Shown here one piece after another: positions 23,141-33,906 of a DNA stretch of 64,000 nt (position 1 is its first letter; each line of letters begins with the position of its first letter). The notes beneath the pieces are model-generated. The model was not told the origin of the DNA. It worked only from the letters and a program-made list of their open reading frames with translations, and ran no database searches. The translations under genes were made by a program, and so were the position numbers. Source of the DNA: Atribacterota bacterium (lineage in GTDB: Bacteria > Atribacterota > Phoenicimicrobiia > Phoenicimicrobiales > Stramentimicrobiaceae); contig JAXGNR010000004.1 in assembly GCA_040767965.1 (NCBI GenBank), positions 512,001-576,000 of the forward strand. The letters are read 5' to 3'.

Positions 23141-24439
23141 TTGATTGAAAGATATTCGCTAAACCCTATGAAGTCATTATGGAACGATAAAGAAAAATAC
23201 GATTCTTGGCTAAAAGTGGAATTAGCAGTTTGCGAAGCAAGAAAAGAATTGGGAATTATTGACAATAGTACATTCAAGATAATAAAAGAAAAATCAAAAT
23301 ATTCAATAAAAAGAATAAATGAAATTGAAAAAATTACCAGACATGATGTTTTGGCATTTACAACAAGCGTAGGTGAAAATTTAGGAGACTACTCCCGCTA
23401 TTTTCATCAGGGACTAACATCTTCTGATATTTTAGATACTGCTTTGAGCCTGGTCTTAAAAAAGGTTTCAAACTGTCTTGTTAATGATATGATTTTAATA
23501 ATATCAGATTTAAAAAAGCTGGCATTCCAGCACAAAAAAACTGTCATGATAGGAAGAACTCATGGTGTACATGCTGAACCGATTACTTTTGGTTTTAAAC
23601 TTACATTGTGGTATTCTGAAATGTTGAGAAATTTAAATAGATTAAAATATGCTACCGAAGAATTAAACTATGGTAAAATATCAGGAGCGGTTGGCACTTT
23701 TGCTCATATAGATCCACAAATAGAAGAACTGGTTTGTAAAAAATTAAAATTAAAACCTGCTGGAATATCTAGCCAAATCATACAAAGAGACAGGCATGCG
23801 CATTATGTAAGCGTTTTAGCTGTTATTGCCTCATCATTAGAAAAATTTGCTACTGAAATAAGAAGCCTTCAAAGAACAGAAATATTAGAAATGGAAGAAA
23901 GTTTTGCCAAAGGACAAAAAGGTTCATCCGCGATGCCACATAAGAAGAATCCAATTCTATGTGAAAGAATATGCGGCTTATCAAGAATTTTGAGAGGGTA
24001 TGCTTTGTCAGCCTTAGAAAATAATAATTTATGGCATGAAAGAGATATTTCAAATTCATCAGTAGAGAGAATTGTTTTGCCAGATAGTACTATATTATTA
24101 GATTATATGCTGAATAAATTTCATTTTATCTTAGAAAATTTAAAGGTAAATAAAGAAAATATGGAAAAAAATATTGAAACAACAGGAGGACTTATTTTTT
24201 CTCAAAGGGTAATGCTTTTATTAACTGAAAAAGGCTTATCAAGAGAAAATGCCTATCAAATAGTACAGGAAATATCATTAAAATCATGGGAAGAAAATAG
24301 AAAATTTAAAGAATTGTTAATAAAAAACCCAGTTATAAAAAAATACCTGAAAGAAGATGAAATTAACTCGTGTTTTAATTATAATTATTACTTAAAACAT
24401 ATTGACTATATTTTTAAAAGAGTATATCAAGAAATTTAA
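23141..24439 (+). CDS. purB: Adenylosuccinate lyase (likely TTG start, MIERYS)
   Basis: RHDVLAF, GRTHGVHAEP and SSAMPHKKNP. Confidence 0.96.
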   Translation: MIERYSLNPMKSLWNDKEKYDSWLKVELAVCEARKELGIIDNSTFKIIKEKSKYSIKRINEIEKITRHDVLAFTTSVGENLGDYSRYFHQGLTSSDILDTALSLVLKKVSNCLVNDMILIISDLKKLAFQHKKTVMIGRTHGVHAEPITFGFKLTLWYSEMLRNLNRLKYATEELNYGKISGAVGTFAHIDPQIEELVCKKLKLKPAGISSQIIQRDRHAHYVSVLAVIASSLEKFATEIRSLQRTEILEMEESFAKGQKGSSAMPHKKNPILCERICGLSRILRGYALSALENNNLWHERDISNSSVERIVLPDSTILLDYMLNKFHFILENLKVNKENMEKNIETTGGLIFSQRVMLLLTEKGLSRENAYQIVQEISLKSWEENRKFKELLIKNPVIKKYLKEDEINSCFNYNYYLKHIDYIFKRVYQEI

Positions 24440-24506
24440 TAACAAAGCAGAAATTATTTGATATTTCTGTTTGTTTAAAAGAATATATATAGGGAGGATA
24501 TTTTTA

Positions 24507-25415
24507 ATGAAATCAGAAAAAATATGGATGGATGGATCAATGGTTGAATGGGACAAAGCCCAAGTGCATGTTTTAACCCATGCGCTTCATTATGGTAGTG
24601 GAGTGTTTGAAGGGATCAGAGCGTATAAAACTGATAAAGGCCCTGCCGTATTCAGATTGAAGGATCATGTTGAGAGACTTTTTAATTCAGCTAAAATATT
24701 AAGAATGGAGATCCCTTTTTCTAGAGAAGAAATTTCTGCCGCTATTAAAAATATAGTTAAAGAAAATAAATTAGAGAGTTGTTACATCAGGCCTTTAGTT
24801 TATCGCGGTTACAATAGATTAGGTTTAAACCCTTTTAGTTGTCCCGTAAAAGTCATGATTGCAGCCTGGGATTGGGGAGCTTATTTAGGTGAAGAAGCAT
24901 TAGCAAAAGGTGTCAGGGCGATTATATCAAGCTGGCAGCGCAGTAATATTAATACTACTTCTGCAAAGGCAAAAATTTGTGGTAATTATATTAACTCTAT
25001 TTTTGCCAATATGGAAGCCATGGAATCAGGAGTTGAAGAAGCAATTCTTTTAGATAGTAATGGCTATGTTGCTGAAGGACCTGGAGAGAACATATTTTGG
25101 GTTAAAGATGGTATTATTTTTACTCCTCCTTTGACATCTGTATTGGAGGGAATTACCAGAAAAACTGTAATTAAAATTGCAACAGATATGGGTTATGAGT
25201 TAAAAGAGGAGTTTGCAGCACGTGATGTTCTATATCTTGCTGATGAAGCATTTTTTGCCGGTTCTGCTGCTGAACTAACCCCTATCAGGGAAATTGACCA
25301 TTATACTATTGGCAAGGGAGAAAGAGGTCCCATCAGTACTAAGCTGCAAAGTAAGCTATTTGATGTTTTTAAAGGAAAAGAAAAGAAATATTTAGATTGG
25401 TCAGACTTTGTTTAA
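24507..25415 (+). CDS. ilvE: Branched-chain amino acid aminotransferase
   Basis: HALHYGSGVFEGIRAY, AKICGNY, EGPGENIF and LEGITR. Confidence 0.95.
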   Translation: MKSEKIWMDGSMVEWDKAQVHVLTHALHYGSGVFEGIRAYKTDKGPAVFRLKDHVERLFNSAKILRMEIPFSREEISAAIKNIVKENKLESCYIRPLVYRGYNRLGLNPFSCPVKVMIAAWDWGAYLGEEALAKGVRAIISSWQRSNINTTSAKAKICGNYINSIFANMEAMESGVEEAILLDSNGYVAEGPGENIFWVKDGIIFTPPLTSVLEGITRKTVIKIATDMGYELKEEFAARDVLYLADEAFFAGSAAELTPIREIDHYTIGKGERGPISTKLQSKLFDVFKGKEKKYLDWSDFV

Positions 25416-25445
25416 TAATAAATAATTTACTGGAGGAGAAATTAT

Positions 25446-26636
25446 ATGACTTTATCAGAAAGGATTAGAAATGTAAGTCCATCTGAAACATTAAGCATAA
25501 CAGCACAAGTTATAAAGATGAAATCAGAAGGAAAAAATATTATCAGTTTTGGGGCTGGTGAGCCTGACTTTGATACCCCAAAAAACATACAGGAAGAGGC
25601 CATCAAGGCTATAAAAGAAGGTTTTACACATTATACCTCGCTTACAGGAATTACTGAATTAAAAAGAGCAATTATAGAAAAAATGAAAAAGGATCATAAT
25701 CTTTTTTATAATGAAAAAGAAATAATTATTTCTAATGGTGCGAAACACTCTTTATATAATGCTATCATGACTATATGCGATCCTGGTGATGAAGTAATTT
25801 TACCTACTCCTTGCTGGGTAAGCTATACAGAACAGATAAAATTAGCACAAGCAAAGCCTGTATTTGTACCAACTACACTTGAAGATGGTTTTAAACTGAC
25901 AGCAGAACAAGTAAAAAAAGCTATTACAAAGAAGACCAAATTACTATTATTAAATACCCCTAATAATCCTACTGGAGCAGTGTATTCTCCTATTGAACTT
26001 AATAAAATAGCCAGCTTATTAGTTGATAATGATATTTATTGTATCAGCGATGAAATTTATGAAAAACTAGTCTATGATAATACCAAACATTATTCCATAG
26101 CTGCTTTTAGCCCTGAAGTGAAGGAAAAAACTATTCTCATTAATGGTGTTTCAAAATCATATGCTATGACTGGTTGGAGGATTGGTTATGCCGCAGCTAA
26201 TGCGGAGATAGTGGAAGGAATGTCCAAACTACAGGGGCATTGCACCTCCAATGCCAATTCCATTGCTCAAAAAGCAAGCGTAGAAGCGCTTACCGGCAAT
26301 CAGGACTCGATTGAATTTATGCGAACTGAATTTGATAAAAGAAGAAAAGTTATTACTGAAAAAATAAATGAAATTAAAGGTTTTAAATGTGCAATCCCGG
26401 AAGGTGCTTTTTATATTTTCCCCGATATCACTGAAATATTAAAGTCTGGAATTGTTTTTGAAGGAGAAGAAGTAAAATCTTCTTTACAGCTTTCAAATTA
26501 TATTTTGAAAGAAACGGGAGTTGCTGTGATTCCTGGAAGCGCATTTGAAGCAGAAGGATTTTTAAGATTATCATATGCAATTTCGTTAAAAGAAATTATT
26601 GAAGGAATTGATAGGATAAAAAGCATTTTTAATTAA
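25446..26636 (+). CDS. aspC: Class I PLP aminotransferase (aspartate aminotransferase-like)
   Basis: GEPDFDTP, PNNPTG, SDEIYE and SKSYAMTGWRIGY. Confidence 0.85.
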   Translation: MTLSERIRNVSPSETLSITAQVIKMKSEGKNIISFGAGEPDFDTPKNIQEEAIKAIKEGFTHYTSLTGITELKRAIIEKMKKDHNLFYNEKEIIISNGAKHSLYNAIMTICDPGDEVILPTPCWVSYTEQIKLAQAKPVFVPTTLEDGFKLTAEQVKKAITKKTKLLLLNTPNNPTGAVYSPIELNKIASLLVDNDIYCISDEIYEKLVYDNTKHYSIAAFSPEVKEKTILINGVSKSYAMTGWRIGYAAANAEIVEGMSKLQGHCTSNANSIAQKASVEALTGNQDSIEFMRTEFDKRRKVITEKINEIKGFKCAIPEGAFYIFPDITEILKSGIVFEGEEVKSSLQLSNYILKETGVAVIPGSAFEAEGFLRLSYAISLKEIIEGIDRIKSIFN

Positions 26637-26660
26637 CATTAAATATATAAACTAAATTAT

Positions 26661-26719
26661 AAAAAAGAAATCCGGAAGAGTTAATTTATTGCATTTATTG
26701 GAACTGGATTTCTTTTTTT
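26661..26719 (+). terminator. Terminator after aspC
   Basis: AAAAAAGAAATCCGG / CTGGATTTCTTTTTTT inverted repeat. Confidence 0.7.
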
Positions 26720-26759
26720 GTGTTATTATTTTAAATAACCAATAGAAAGGTATAAAAAC

Positions 26760-28922
26760 ATGCTTGAAGCATATAATGATGCCCAGATAGAAGCAATAAA
26801 AGCGAAAGATGGTCCGGTGCTGGTAATGGCTGGTGCTGGAAGTGGGAAAACAAGTGTTTTAATACAGCGAATCATTTATATTTTGAAGACAAGAAATGTA
26901 TTGCCTGGCAATATTTTAGCTGTTACATTTACAAATAAAGCTGCAAATGAAATTAAAAATAGAATAGAAAATAATAATAAAGAATTAAAGCAAAATTTTA
27001 ATGGAATTTGGTTAGGAACCTTTCATTCGATTTGTGTAAGAATTTTGTATAAACATTGTTCCAGTTTAGGATATAAGCAAAATTTTAATATCTATGACAA
27101 AAATGATAGTTTAAGAATAATAAGAAAAATAATTAAACAACTAGGCCTGGATTACAAGCAATATAGGCCAAAAACAATTTATAGTATTATAGAAAATTCT
27201 AAAAATAAATTAATAGACGAAAATGATTTCGAAAATGAGTCAATTGGTTTTTATTATAAAAAGATAGCCCAAATATATCAAATGTACCAGGAAGAAATGA
27301 AAAAAAGTACTGCTTTAGACTACGGGGATTTGATCTTAAAGACAGTACAGTTATTTGATAACTACCCAGATATTTTAATATATTACCAAAATAAATTTAA
27401 ATATATACTTGTGGATGAATATCAGGATATTAATCATGCTCAGTATATACTGATTAATCACCTTTCAAAAATTAATAATAATCTATTTGTTGTAGGTGAT
27501 CCTGATCAAAGCATATATAAATTTAGAGGAGCTGAGCTCAGCAATATTATTGATTTTGAAAAGGACTATTCGAATTGTCAGATAATAAAACTAGAACAAA
27601 ATTACCGTTCAACAGATACAATTCTAAAAGGAGCATCTTTTGTAATCCGAAATAATTCTTATCGTAAAAAAAAGGAAATATGGACAAAAAAAGAAGGAGG
27701 AGAAAAAATAAAAATATATGAAGCAAATGGCGAGATTAATGAAGCTGAATTTGTAGCTGAGGAAATAAAGATTATTAAAAAAAATAATAATTTAAATTGG
27801 AATAATATTGCTGTTTTGTATCGAACCAATGCACAATCTAGATATTTTGAAGAAATATTTTCTAAAAAAAATATTCCGTTTACTATAATTGGAGGAATGA
27901 GGTTTTACGAAAGAAAAGAAATAAAAAATATTATTTATTTACTTAAATTAATTGATAATCCTTATGACCAGGAAATGTATCGCAGATGGTTGGAAATTGA
28001 TAAAATGGGTATTGGCCCTAAGAGCTTTCAAAAAATAGTTGATATTTCCGATGAAAGCAAAAAGCCTATTATTGATATTTTCCCAATTTATTTAGAAAAT
28101 GCTGGGAAAAGAATAAATATTAAAAATAAAGAAAAAATTAACATACAACTTGGTCTGTTTAAAAAATTAAAAGAGTTATCTCAAAATGTTTCTCTTTTGA
28201 CAGAAGAGTTGATTAACGGTATAAAGTATTATGATGTTTTAGATCAAGAAGAAGATAAAATTATTGTAAAAAATAAAATTGAAAATGTTAAGTCATTTTT
28301 ACAATCAATTAAAGAATATGAAAGAGCAAATAATCTCTCTAATCTGCATGATTATCTGACCTATATATCTCTGATTACGAGCAGTGACAATGTTAATATA
28401 GAAAATGATGAAGGTTATAAAAAAGTACATCTAATGACATTGCATTGTGCAAAAGGATTAGAATTTCCAGTTATATTTTTGACAGGAATGGAAGAAGGGG
28501 TATTCCCTCACAGCAGAAGTTTAATTAGCCAGTCTGATTTGGAAGAGGAAAGAAGATTATGCTATGTTGGTATGACCAGGGCTATGGAAAACTTATATCT
28601 TTCATATTGCTGGAGAAGAATTGTAGATGGCAAGACTAAATATTACCAACCTTCTAGGTTTTTAAAAGAAATACCTGAGACATATCTTGAGAGAGTAAAG
28701 ATTGCGCCAAATTCTTTACTAATAAACAACCAAAATGAGAATAAATCATTTGAAGTTAATAATGGTGACATTGTGCTGCATGCAAATTGGGGAGAAGGAA
28801 AAGTAATAAATAAAATCGATACAGAAAAAGACATTTTTATTACAGTATATTTTAAACAAGAGGGAATTAAAAGGTTATCCTTGAAATATGCACCTTTAAA
28901 AAAAATAGAGAAAGCAATTTAG
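26760..28922 (+). CDS. pcrA: SF1 DNA helicase PcrA/UvrD
   Basis: AGAGSGKT, TFTNKAA, VDEYQD, GDPDQSIY, QNYRS, AKGLEF, EERRLCYVGMTRA and a C-terminal Tudor-like domain. Confidence 0.93.
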   Translation: MLEAYNDAQIEAIKAKDGPVLVMAGAGSGKTSVLIQRIIYILKTRNVLPGNILAVTFTNKAANEIKNRIENNNKELKQNFNGIWLGTFHSICVRILYKHCSSLGYKQNFNIYDKNDSLRIIRKIIKQLGLDYKQYRPKTIYSIIENSKNKLIDENDFENESIGFYYKKIAQIYQMYQEEMKKSTALDYGDLILKTVQLFDNYPDILIYYQNKFKYILVDEYQDINHAQYILINHLSKINNNLFVVGDPDQSIYKFRGAELSNIIDFEKDYSNCQIIKLEQNYRSTDTILKGASFVIRNNSYRKKKEIWTKKEGGEKIKIYEANGEINEAEFVAEEIKIIKKNNNLNWNNIAVLYRTNAQSRYFEEIFSKKNIPFTIIGGMRFYERKEIKNIIYLLKLIDNPYDQEMYRRWLEIDKMGIGPKSFQKIVDISDESKKPIIDIFPIYLENAGKRINIKNKEKINIQLGLFKKLKELSQNVSLLTEELINGIKYYDVLDQEEDKIIVKNKIENVKSFLQSIKEYERANNLSNLHDYLTYISLITSSDNVNIENDEGYKKVHLMTLHCAKGLEFPVIFLTGMEEGVFPHSRSLISQSDLEEERRLCYVGMTRAMENLYLSYCWRRIVDGKTKYYQPSRFLKEIPETYLERVKIAPNSLLINNQNENKSFEVNNGDIVLHANWGEGKVINKIDTEKDIFITVYFKQEGIKRLSLKYAPLKKIEKAI

Positions 28923-28942
28923 CTTTCTCTATTTTTTTTAAA
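28895..28942. terminator. Bidirectional terminator overlapping the pcrA stop
   Basis: Perfect 21-bp arms TTTAAAAAAAATAGAGAAAGC / GCTTTCTCTATTTTTTTTAAA; the pcrA TAG falls at the loop. Confidence 0.88.
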
Positions 28943-28951
28943 ATATTTAAT

Positions 28952-29815
28952 TTATTCGCTATCTAAATCTAATAATTCCAAATTTTTCTCTATCCGAGCT
29001 TGGTCTTCAAGATTTTTTAGATATTGATCAAATTTTTCTTGTTGTTTTGCAGGAAGAAGCTGGGATTCAATTTCTGATTTTACCTCTGCCAATTCTGTAT
29101 ATCCTGCCGGAATTTTTTCTATAACTTTAAAAATATGAAAATTATTATCTATTTGGATAATTTCGCTAATTTCATCTAAATTCAGAATAAACAATTTTTC
29201 CTCAATATCAGTTTTTAAGGTCCCTTTACTTATAAAACCAATATCACCACCTATAGATGCACTGGAAGCAATAGATTTTTCTTTTGCTATTTCTGAGAAA
29301 TCTTTGCCCTCTTTTAATTGTTGAATTATTTCATTAGCTTCCTCTTCTGATTCAACAATAATATTTAAGGCATAAATTTCTTCTTCCTTCCAATAATTTT
29401 CTTTGTTTTCATCGTAATATGACTGTATCTCATTATCTTCCAAGAAGGTCTTTTCGATAATTTCTCTTTCCAGTAGTACTTGAATTAATATTTGATCAAT
29501 AGTATTTTTAATTTGGAAAGAAATTTCAGGATCACTTTGTAAATTTAAATTATTAGCTTGCTGCACTAGCAGGGTTTGAGTAATTAACTGTTGTAGCAAA
29601 TCTTCTTTATTTAGCTCTGCCTTGTATTCATTTGGAATTAAATTCCAGTAATTATTAAAAGTTTCCAAGGTAACACCTTCATCATTTATAACAAGTAAGG
29701 GTTTTTCTGTTTCACCAGTTTCTTCAGCCGATAAAACATGTAACGGTAAAATTAATAAAAAAAAGATACAAACAAAGACAGTAATTTTTGTTATTTTATT
29801 TAAAAATATGAACAA
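28952..29815 (-). CDS. Exported parvulin-type foldase (PrsA/SurA-like)
   Basis: Signal peptide, SurA_N-like helices and a PpiC domain (GKDFSEIAKEKS, GGDIG, FHIFKV); AAGGAG RBS and TTG start. Confidence 0.85.
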   Translation of the reverse strand: MFIFLNKITKITVFVCIFFLLILPLHVLSAEETGETEKPLLVINDEGVTLETFNNYWNLIPNEYKAELNKEDLLQQLITQTLLVQQANNLNLQSDPEISFQIKNTIDQILIQVLLEREIIEKTFLEDNEIQSYYDENKENYWKEEEIYALNIIVESEEEANEIIQQLKEGKDFSEIAKEKSIASSASIGGDIGFISKGTLKTDIEEKLFILNLDEISEIIQIDNNFHIFKVIEKIPAGYTELAEVKSEIESQLLPAKQQEKFDQYLKNLEDQARIEKNLELLDLDSE

Positions 29816-29971
29816 TACTCTTATCTCCTTTCATTTTATAAAAATAACTATTGTTAAGTCTAGCATAACAACGAATTTTAGTAAAGAATTTGTCTGAAAT
29901 GGTTTAGAAAATTAATTAAAATTTAGAATAATTCTATATGATAAAAAAATCACATAACTTTAAATGTTATC

Positions 29972-30000
29972 TTGAACATTTTTAATCAATAATATATAAT
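29972..30000 (+). promoter_or_regulatory. sigma70 promoter of rpsU
   Basis: TTGAAC-17nt-TATAAT. Confidence 0.7.
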
Positions 30001-30064
30001 ATCTATTAAATTGCTAAAAATTGTTGCAGTTAGTGCTTATCATGGTAAAAAAGGGGGTGAAGGC

Positions 30065-30253
30065 ATGGCAACGATAAGAGTAAGAGAAGATGAAGAATTT
30101 GATCATGCGTTAAAGCGTTTCAAAAAAGAATGCCAGAAAAGCGGCATTATTTCTGATATAAAAAGACATGAATATTACGAGAAGCCCAGTGAAAGAAGAA
30201 AAAGAAAGCTAATAGCAGCCCAGAGAAAGAAAAAAAGGAGAGGAAGAAATTAA
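30065..30253 (+). CDS. rpsU: 30S ribosomal protein S21 (start ATG 30065)
   Basis: ALKRFKK and HEYYEKPSERRKRK; GGGGGTGA RBS. Confidence 0.95.
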   Translation: MATIRVREDEEFDHALKRFKKECQKSGIISDIKRHEYYEKPSERRKRKLIAAQRKKKRRGRN

Positions 30254-30371
30254 TTTAGCGTTTAAATATTTTAAGCTGGTACTCATACTAAAATGTTAAA
30301 ATTAGGAATAAATGTCAAGAGTCAAGAAAAGAAAAAGAGGAAAATAAAAATTATTTTTTTCTTTTTTAAGC

Positions 30372-30425
30372 AAAATATAATTAAAAAGGCCCAGTTTTTA
30401 AGCTGGGCCTTTTTAATTATATTTT
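30372..30425 (+). terminator. Terminator after rpsU
   Basis: AAAATATAATTAAAAAGGCCCAG / CTGGGCCTTTTTAATTATATTTT. Confidence 0.85.
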
Positions 30426-30630
30426 TTAGAAAGTTCTACCTAACGAAATACACCACTTTTACTATTAATATAAATTAACTTAATACAGAATTTTATTGTA
30501 TAATTATGCATTAACAGAATAATTCAGTGTTGCTATTTTATACAACTATAATAATTATAAATTAAAATACATGTGATTTTTATTAGGTAAATGCAAACGT
30601 AATTTACAGATAAACAAAATGAGGTAACTA

Positions 30631-31617
30631 ATGGATGAGCATAATATTATAATAAACAGCAAAGATGAAATAAGAGAATTATTTGGACATCTAGATACAA
30701 AAATAAAACTTATAAGTGAGTCTTTGTTAGTAAACGTTTCAACAAGAAACAGCAATTATATAACAGTATCTGGTGAAAAAAATAATGTTGATAAGGCAAG
30801 TAAAATCATAGAAGATCTTTTAATTGTTATCCGTAAAGGGCACTCTGTTCATTTATCTGAAATTAAATATCAGATTGATATGATGGAAGAGAGTATTGGT
30901 TACAACTTAGATGAGTTATACCAGGAAGCAATTCAGGTCTTCAAAAAGGATAAAATAATTAGACCTAAAACTTTTGGGCAAAGAAAAATTTTAGAAAAGA
31001 TTAAGCACAATGATATATTGTTTGTAATTGGTCCGGCGGGAAGTGGTAAAACATATTTAGCTGTTGCCCTGGCTATTTCATCTTTGAAAAAAAAAGAAGT
31101 TGAAAGAATTATTCTAATACGGCCAGCTGTTGAAGCAGGCGAAAGTCTTGGTTTCTTGCCAGGGGATTTAATGGAAAAAATAGATCCATATTTCAGGCCT
31201 TTATATGATGCAATATATGAGATGATGCCTTCAGATAAATTTCAGAATTATATAGATCGCGGAATAATTGAAGTTGCTCCACTTGCTTATATGAGAGGAA
31301 GAACTTTAAACAATTCTTTTATAATACTGGATGATGCTCAAAACACAACCCTTGGTCAAATGAAAATGTTCTTGACCAGATTTGGCTTTGGATCAAAAAT
31401 TATTGTAACTGGAGATGTAACACAAATTGATTTACCGCAAAAAACCAACTCTGGCCTGATCAAAATAGCAAAAATATTAAATAATATAAAAGGAATTGAA
31501 TTTGTCTACCTTGAAAAAAAAGATGTAGTAAGGCATAGGTTAGTGAGAGAGATAATCCGTGCATATGAAAATGAGTATAACCAAATAGACAAAATAGAAA
31601 ACAATAACAATATATGA
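30631..31617 (+). CDS. phoH: PhoH-family (YbeZ) ATPase
   Basis: GPAGSGKT, RPAVEAGESLGFLPGD, MRGRT, GDVTQID and VVRH. Confidence 0.95.
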   Translation: MDEHNIIINSKDEIRELFGHLDTKIKLISESLLVNVSTRNSNYITVSGEKNNVDKASKIIEDLLIVIRKGHSVHLSEIKYQIDMMEESIGYNLDELYQEAIQVFKKDKIIRPKTFGQRKILEKIKHNDILFVIGPAGSGKTYLAVALAISSLKKKEVERIILIRPAVEAGESLGFLPGDLMEKIDPYFRPLYDAIYEMMPSDKFQNYIDRGIIEVAPLAYMRGRTLNNSFIILDDAQNTTLGQMKMFLTRFGFGSKIIVTGDVTQIDLPQKTNSGLIKIAKILNNIKGIEFVYLEKKDVVRHRLVREIIRAYENEYNQIDKIENNNNI

Positions 31618-31641
31618 TGAATAAAAAGATGGTTAAAAAAA

Positions 31642-33906
31642 ATGAAAAAAGGTAAATTTTCAAAAAATACAAAGAACTTGTTTGATAAGTTTTTTTTCCA
31701 CAGGCTACTTGTATTATTTTTAGTAGTGTCTGCAATTACTTTCATTATATCAATAAATTTTTTCCCAGGGAAGATTAACTTTAAAGAAGGTGAAGTGGCT
31801 AATAAAGATATTGTTGCTCCCCAAACTATTGAATACGTTGATCAAAAAGCCACCGAAAAATTAAAAGATGAAGCTGCAAGATCAATAAAAGAAGTTTACA
31901 ATTTAAATTTAGCCAGCATAGAAAATGTAGAAAAAGACATCGCTAATTTTTTTACTGATTTAAAAGAGATAAGGGCACAATACGGCTTTTCTGAAAATAA
32001 TACTACTTTTGATGTCCGAGACAGTCAAATAAGTGATATTTTCAATGAGGATGATCCTATTACTGAAATAAGAAATTTAAATGAAAAGTATTCTTTATAT
32101 TTGGAAGAATCAACCATAATAAACCTGCTGGAAATTGATCATGAATCATTGAAAGAAATCGAAAAAAGCATTTTTTTATCAATAAGAAAGCTGATGGAAC
32201 AGGGAATAAGAGAAGATGATTTAGAAGAAATGAAAAAGCAAATTATAAAAGAAATAAGTGATGTATCTACTAGCTCATATGTTGCGTTTTTAGCAAGCCC
32301 TTTAGGAGAAGAATTTTTAAAACCAAGTTTGTTTTTAGATGTGGAGGCTACTGAGAAGAAAAGAATTGAGTCTATAGCTAATGTGAGAGATGTTAAGAAT
32401 ATTATCAGGAAAGACCAGATAATAATAAGAAAAGGTGAAATAGTTAAACCAGATCAGATAGAAATACTAAAAATATTAGGACTTCAAAATTCTATTTTAC
32501 ATTTCAGGAATATTCTTGGTTTATTCTCAGTTAATTTATTATTCATCTTTTTAATAGGAATTTATCTGTATATATTTTATAGAAGATTGTATGAAGATAT
32601 CAATAAATTAATACTATTAAGTATTATTTATGTTTTCATGATGTTATTGGCAAAAATATCAGGGGAAATTTCAGGTTATCTGATTCCAATGGCTTTTGCG
32701 TCAATGTTAATTGCTATTACTATAGATTCCAGGTTATCTTTATGGATGACTTTTCTCCTTTCAATAAACCTGGGGTTTATGTTTTTAGGAGAGGGAGAGA
32801 TAAGTTTCATAATCATAGCATTTATAGGAGGAGTGGTAGCTGTTTTTAGTATTAGAAAAGCAATACAGAGATCAAGTCTAACAAGAGCCGGTTTGCTTAT
32901 AGCAGTTATTAATGTGTTTACAATATTTGCTTTAGGTTTAATTAGCAATAACACTACCCAGATGATACTGGAAAATAGCATGTGGGGCGCGCTCAATGGA
33001 ATAATATCAGCAATTCTTACAATTGGGATTCTCCCTTTTTTAGAAAGTCTATTTGACATTACTTCATCATTTAAACTGATGGAATTATCAAATCCCAACC
33101 AACCGTTATTAAAGCAACTACTGGTAGAGGCTCCTGGAACCTATCATCATAGTGTGGTGGTTGGCAATCTTGCTGAAACAGCATCTGAAGAAGTTGGAGG
33201 AAATGCTCTGCTGACTAGAGTAGGTGCATATTATCATGACATAGGGAAATTAAAAAGGCCTTATTTTTTTTCTGAAAATCAAGACGCGTATAAAAATTCT
33301 CATGATGATATGGAGCCCAGTCTAAGTGCCCTGGTTATAGCATCGCATGTAAAAGATGGAGTTGAAATGGCGAAAAAATATCGATTACCAAAAGCTATAA
33401 TAGATATTATAAATCAGCATCATGGCACTGGCTTAATCAGCTATTTTTTTCATAAAGCCTTACAAACAAATGCTGTTAAATCTGGCACAGTAAACGAAGA
33501 AAACTATAGATATTCAGGACCTAAACCCCAAAGTAAAGAAGCGGGAATTATTATGTTGGCAGATATCTTAGAAGCAGAAGCCAGGACTCTTAATAGTCCA
33601 ACATCCAGCAGGATCAAAAATTTAACCCAAAGCGTAGTAAACAGATGTTTGGAAAATGGACAATTAGACGAATGTAATTTAACTCTAAAGGATTTGACAA
33701 AAATTAAAGAAGTATTCTCAAAAATATTTATTGGAATGTTTCATAGTCGCATTGAGTATCCTGATGAAGAATTGATTAGCCAGTTAAAGAAGGAGCAAAT
33801 GCAGAATGAAAGTGTTAATAAAAAACAAACAGAAAAAACAAATCAGTCTTACGAAAATAAAAATGGTGATAAGAACAATATTGAAGATGGGGAAAGTAAA
33901 ACATGA
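31642..33906 (+). CDS. pgpH: 7TM-HD c-di-AMP phosphodiesterase PgpH-like
   Basis: Extracellular domain, about 7 TM helices, EAPGTYHHS, YYHDIGK, HHGT and MLAD; phoH-pgpH-ybeY synteny. Confidence 0.88.
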   Translation: MKKGKFSKNTKNLFDKFFFHRLLVLFLVVSAITFIISINFFPGKINFKEGEVANKDIVAPQTIEYVDQKATEKLKDEAARSIKEVYNLNLASIENVEKDIANFFTDLKEIRAQYGFSENNTTFDVRDSQISDIFNEDDPITEIRNLNEKYSLYLEESTIINLLEIDHESLKEIEKSIFLSIRKLMEQGIREDDLEEMKKQIIKEISDVSTSSYVAFLASPLGEEFLKPSLFLDVEATEKKRIESIANVRDVKNIIRKDQIIIRKGEIVKPDQIEILKILGLQNSILHFRNILGLFSVNLLFIFLIGIYLYIFYRRLYEDINKLILLSIIYVFMMLLAKISGEISGYLIPMAFASMLIAITIDSRLSLWMTFLLSINLGFMFLGEGEISFIIIAFIGGVVAVFSIRKAIQRSSLTRAGLLIAVINVFTIFALGLISNNTTQMILENSMWGALNGIISAILTIGILPFLESLFDITSSFKLMELSNPNQPLLKQLLVEAPGTYHHSVVVGNLAETASEEVGGNALLTRVGAYYHDIGKLKRPYFFSENQDAYKNSHDDMEPSLSALVIASHVKDGVEMAKKYRLPKAIIDIINQHHGTGLISYFFHKALQTNAVKSGTVNEENYRYSGPKPQSKEAGIIMLADILEAEARTLNSPTSSRIKNLTQSVVNRCLENGQLDECNLTLKDLTKIKEVFSKIFIGMFHSRIEYPDEELISQLKKEQMQNESVNKKQTEKTNQSYENKNGDKNNIEDGESKT

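Noticed and set aside
30293-30755. ORFs 30293-30478 (+) and 30555-30755 (-)
   Set aside because: The first is low-complexity and runs through the rpsU terminator; the second is antisense to phoH.
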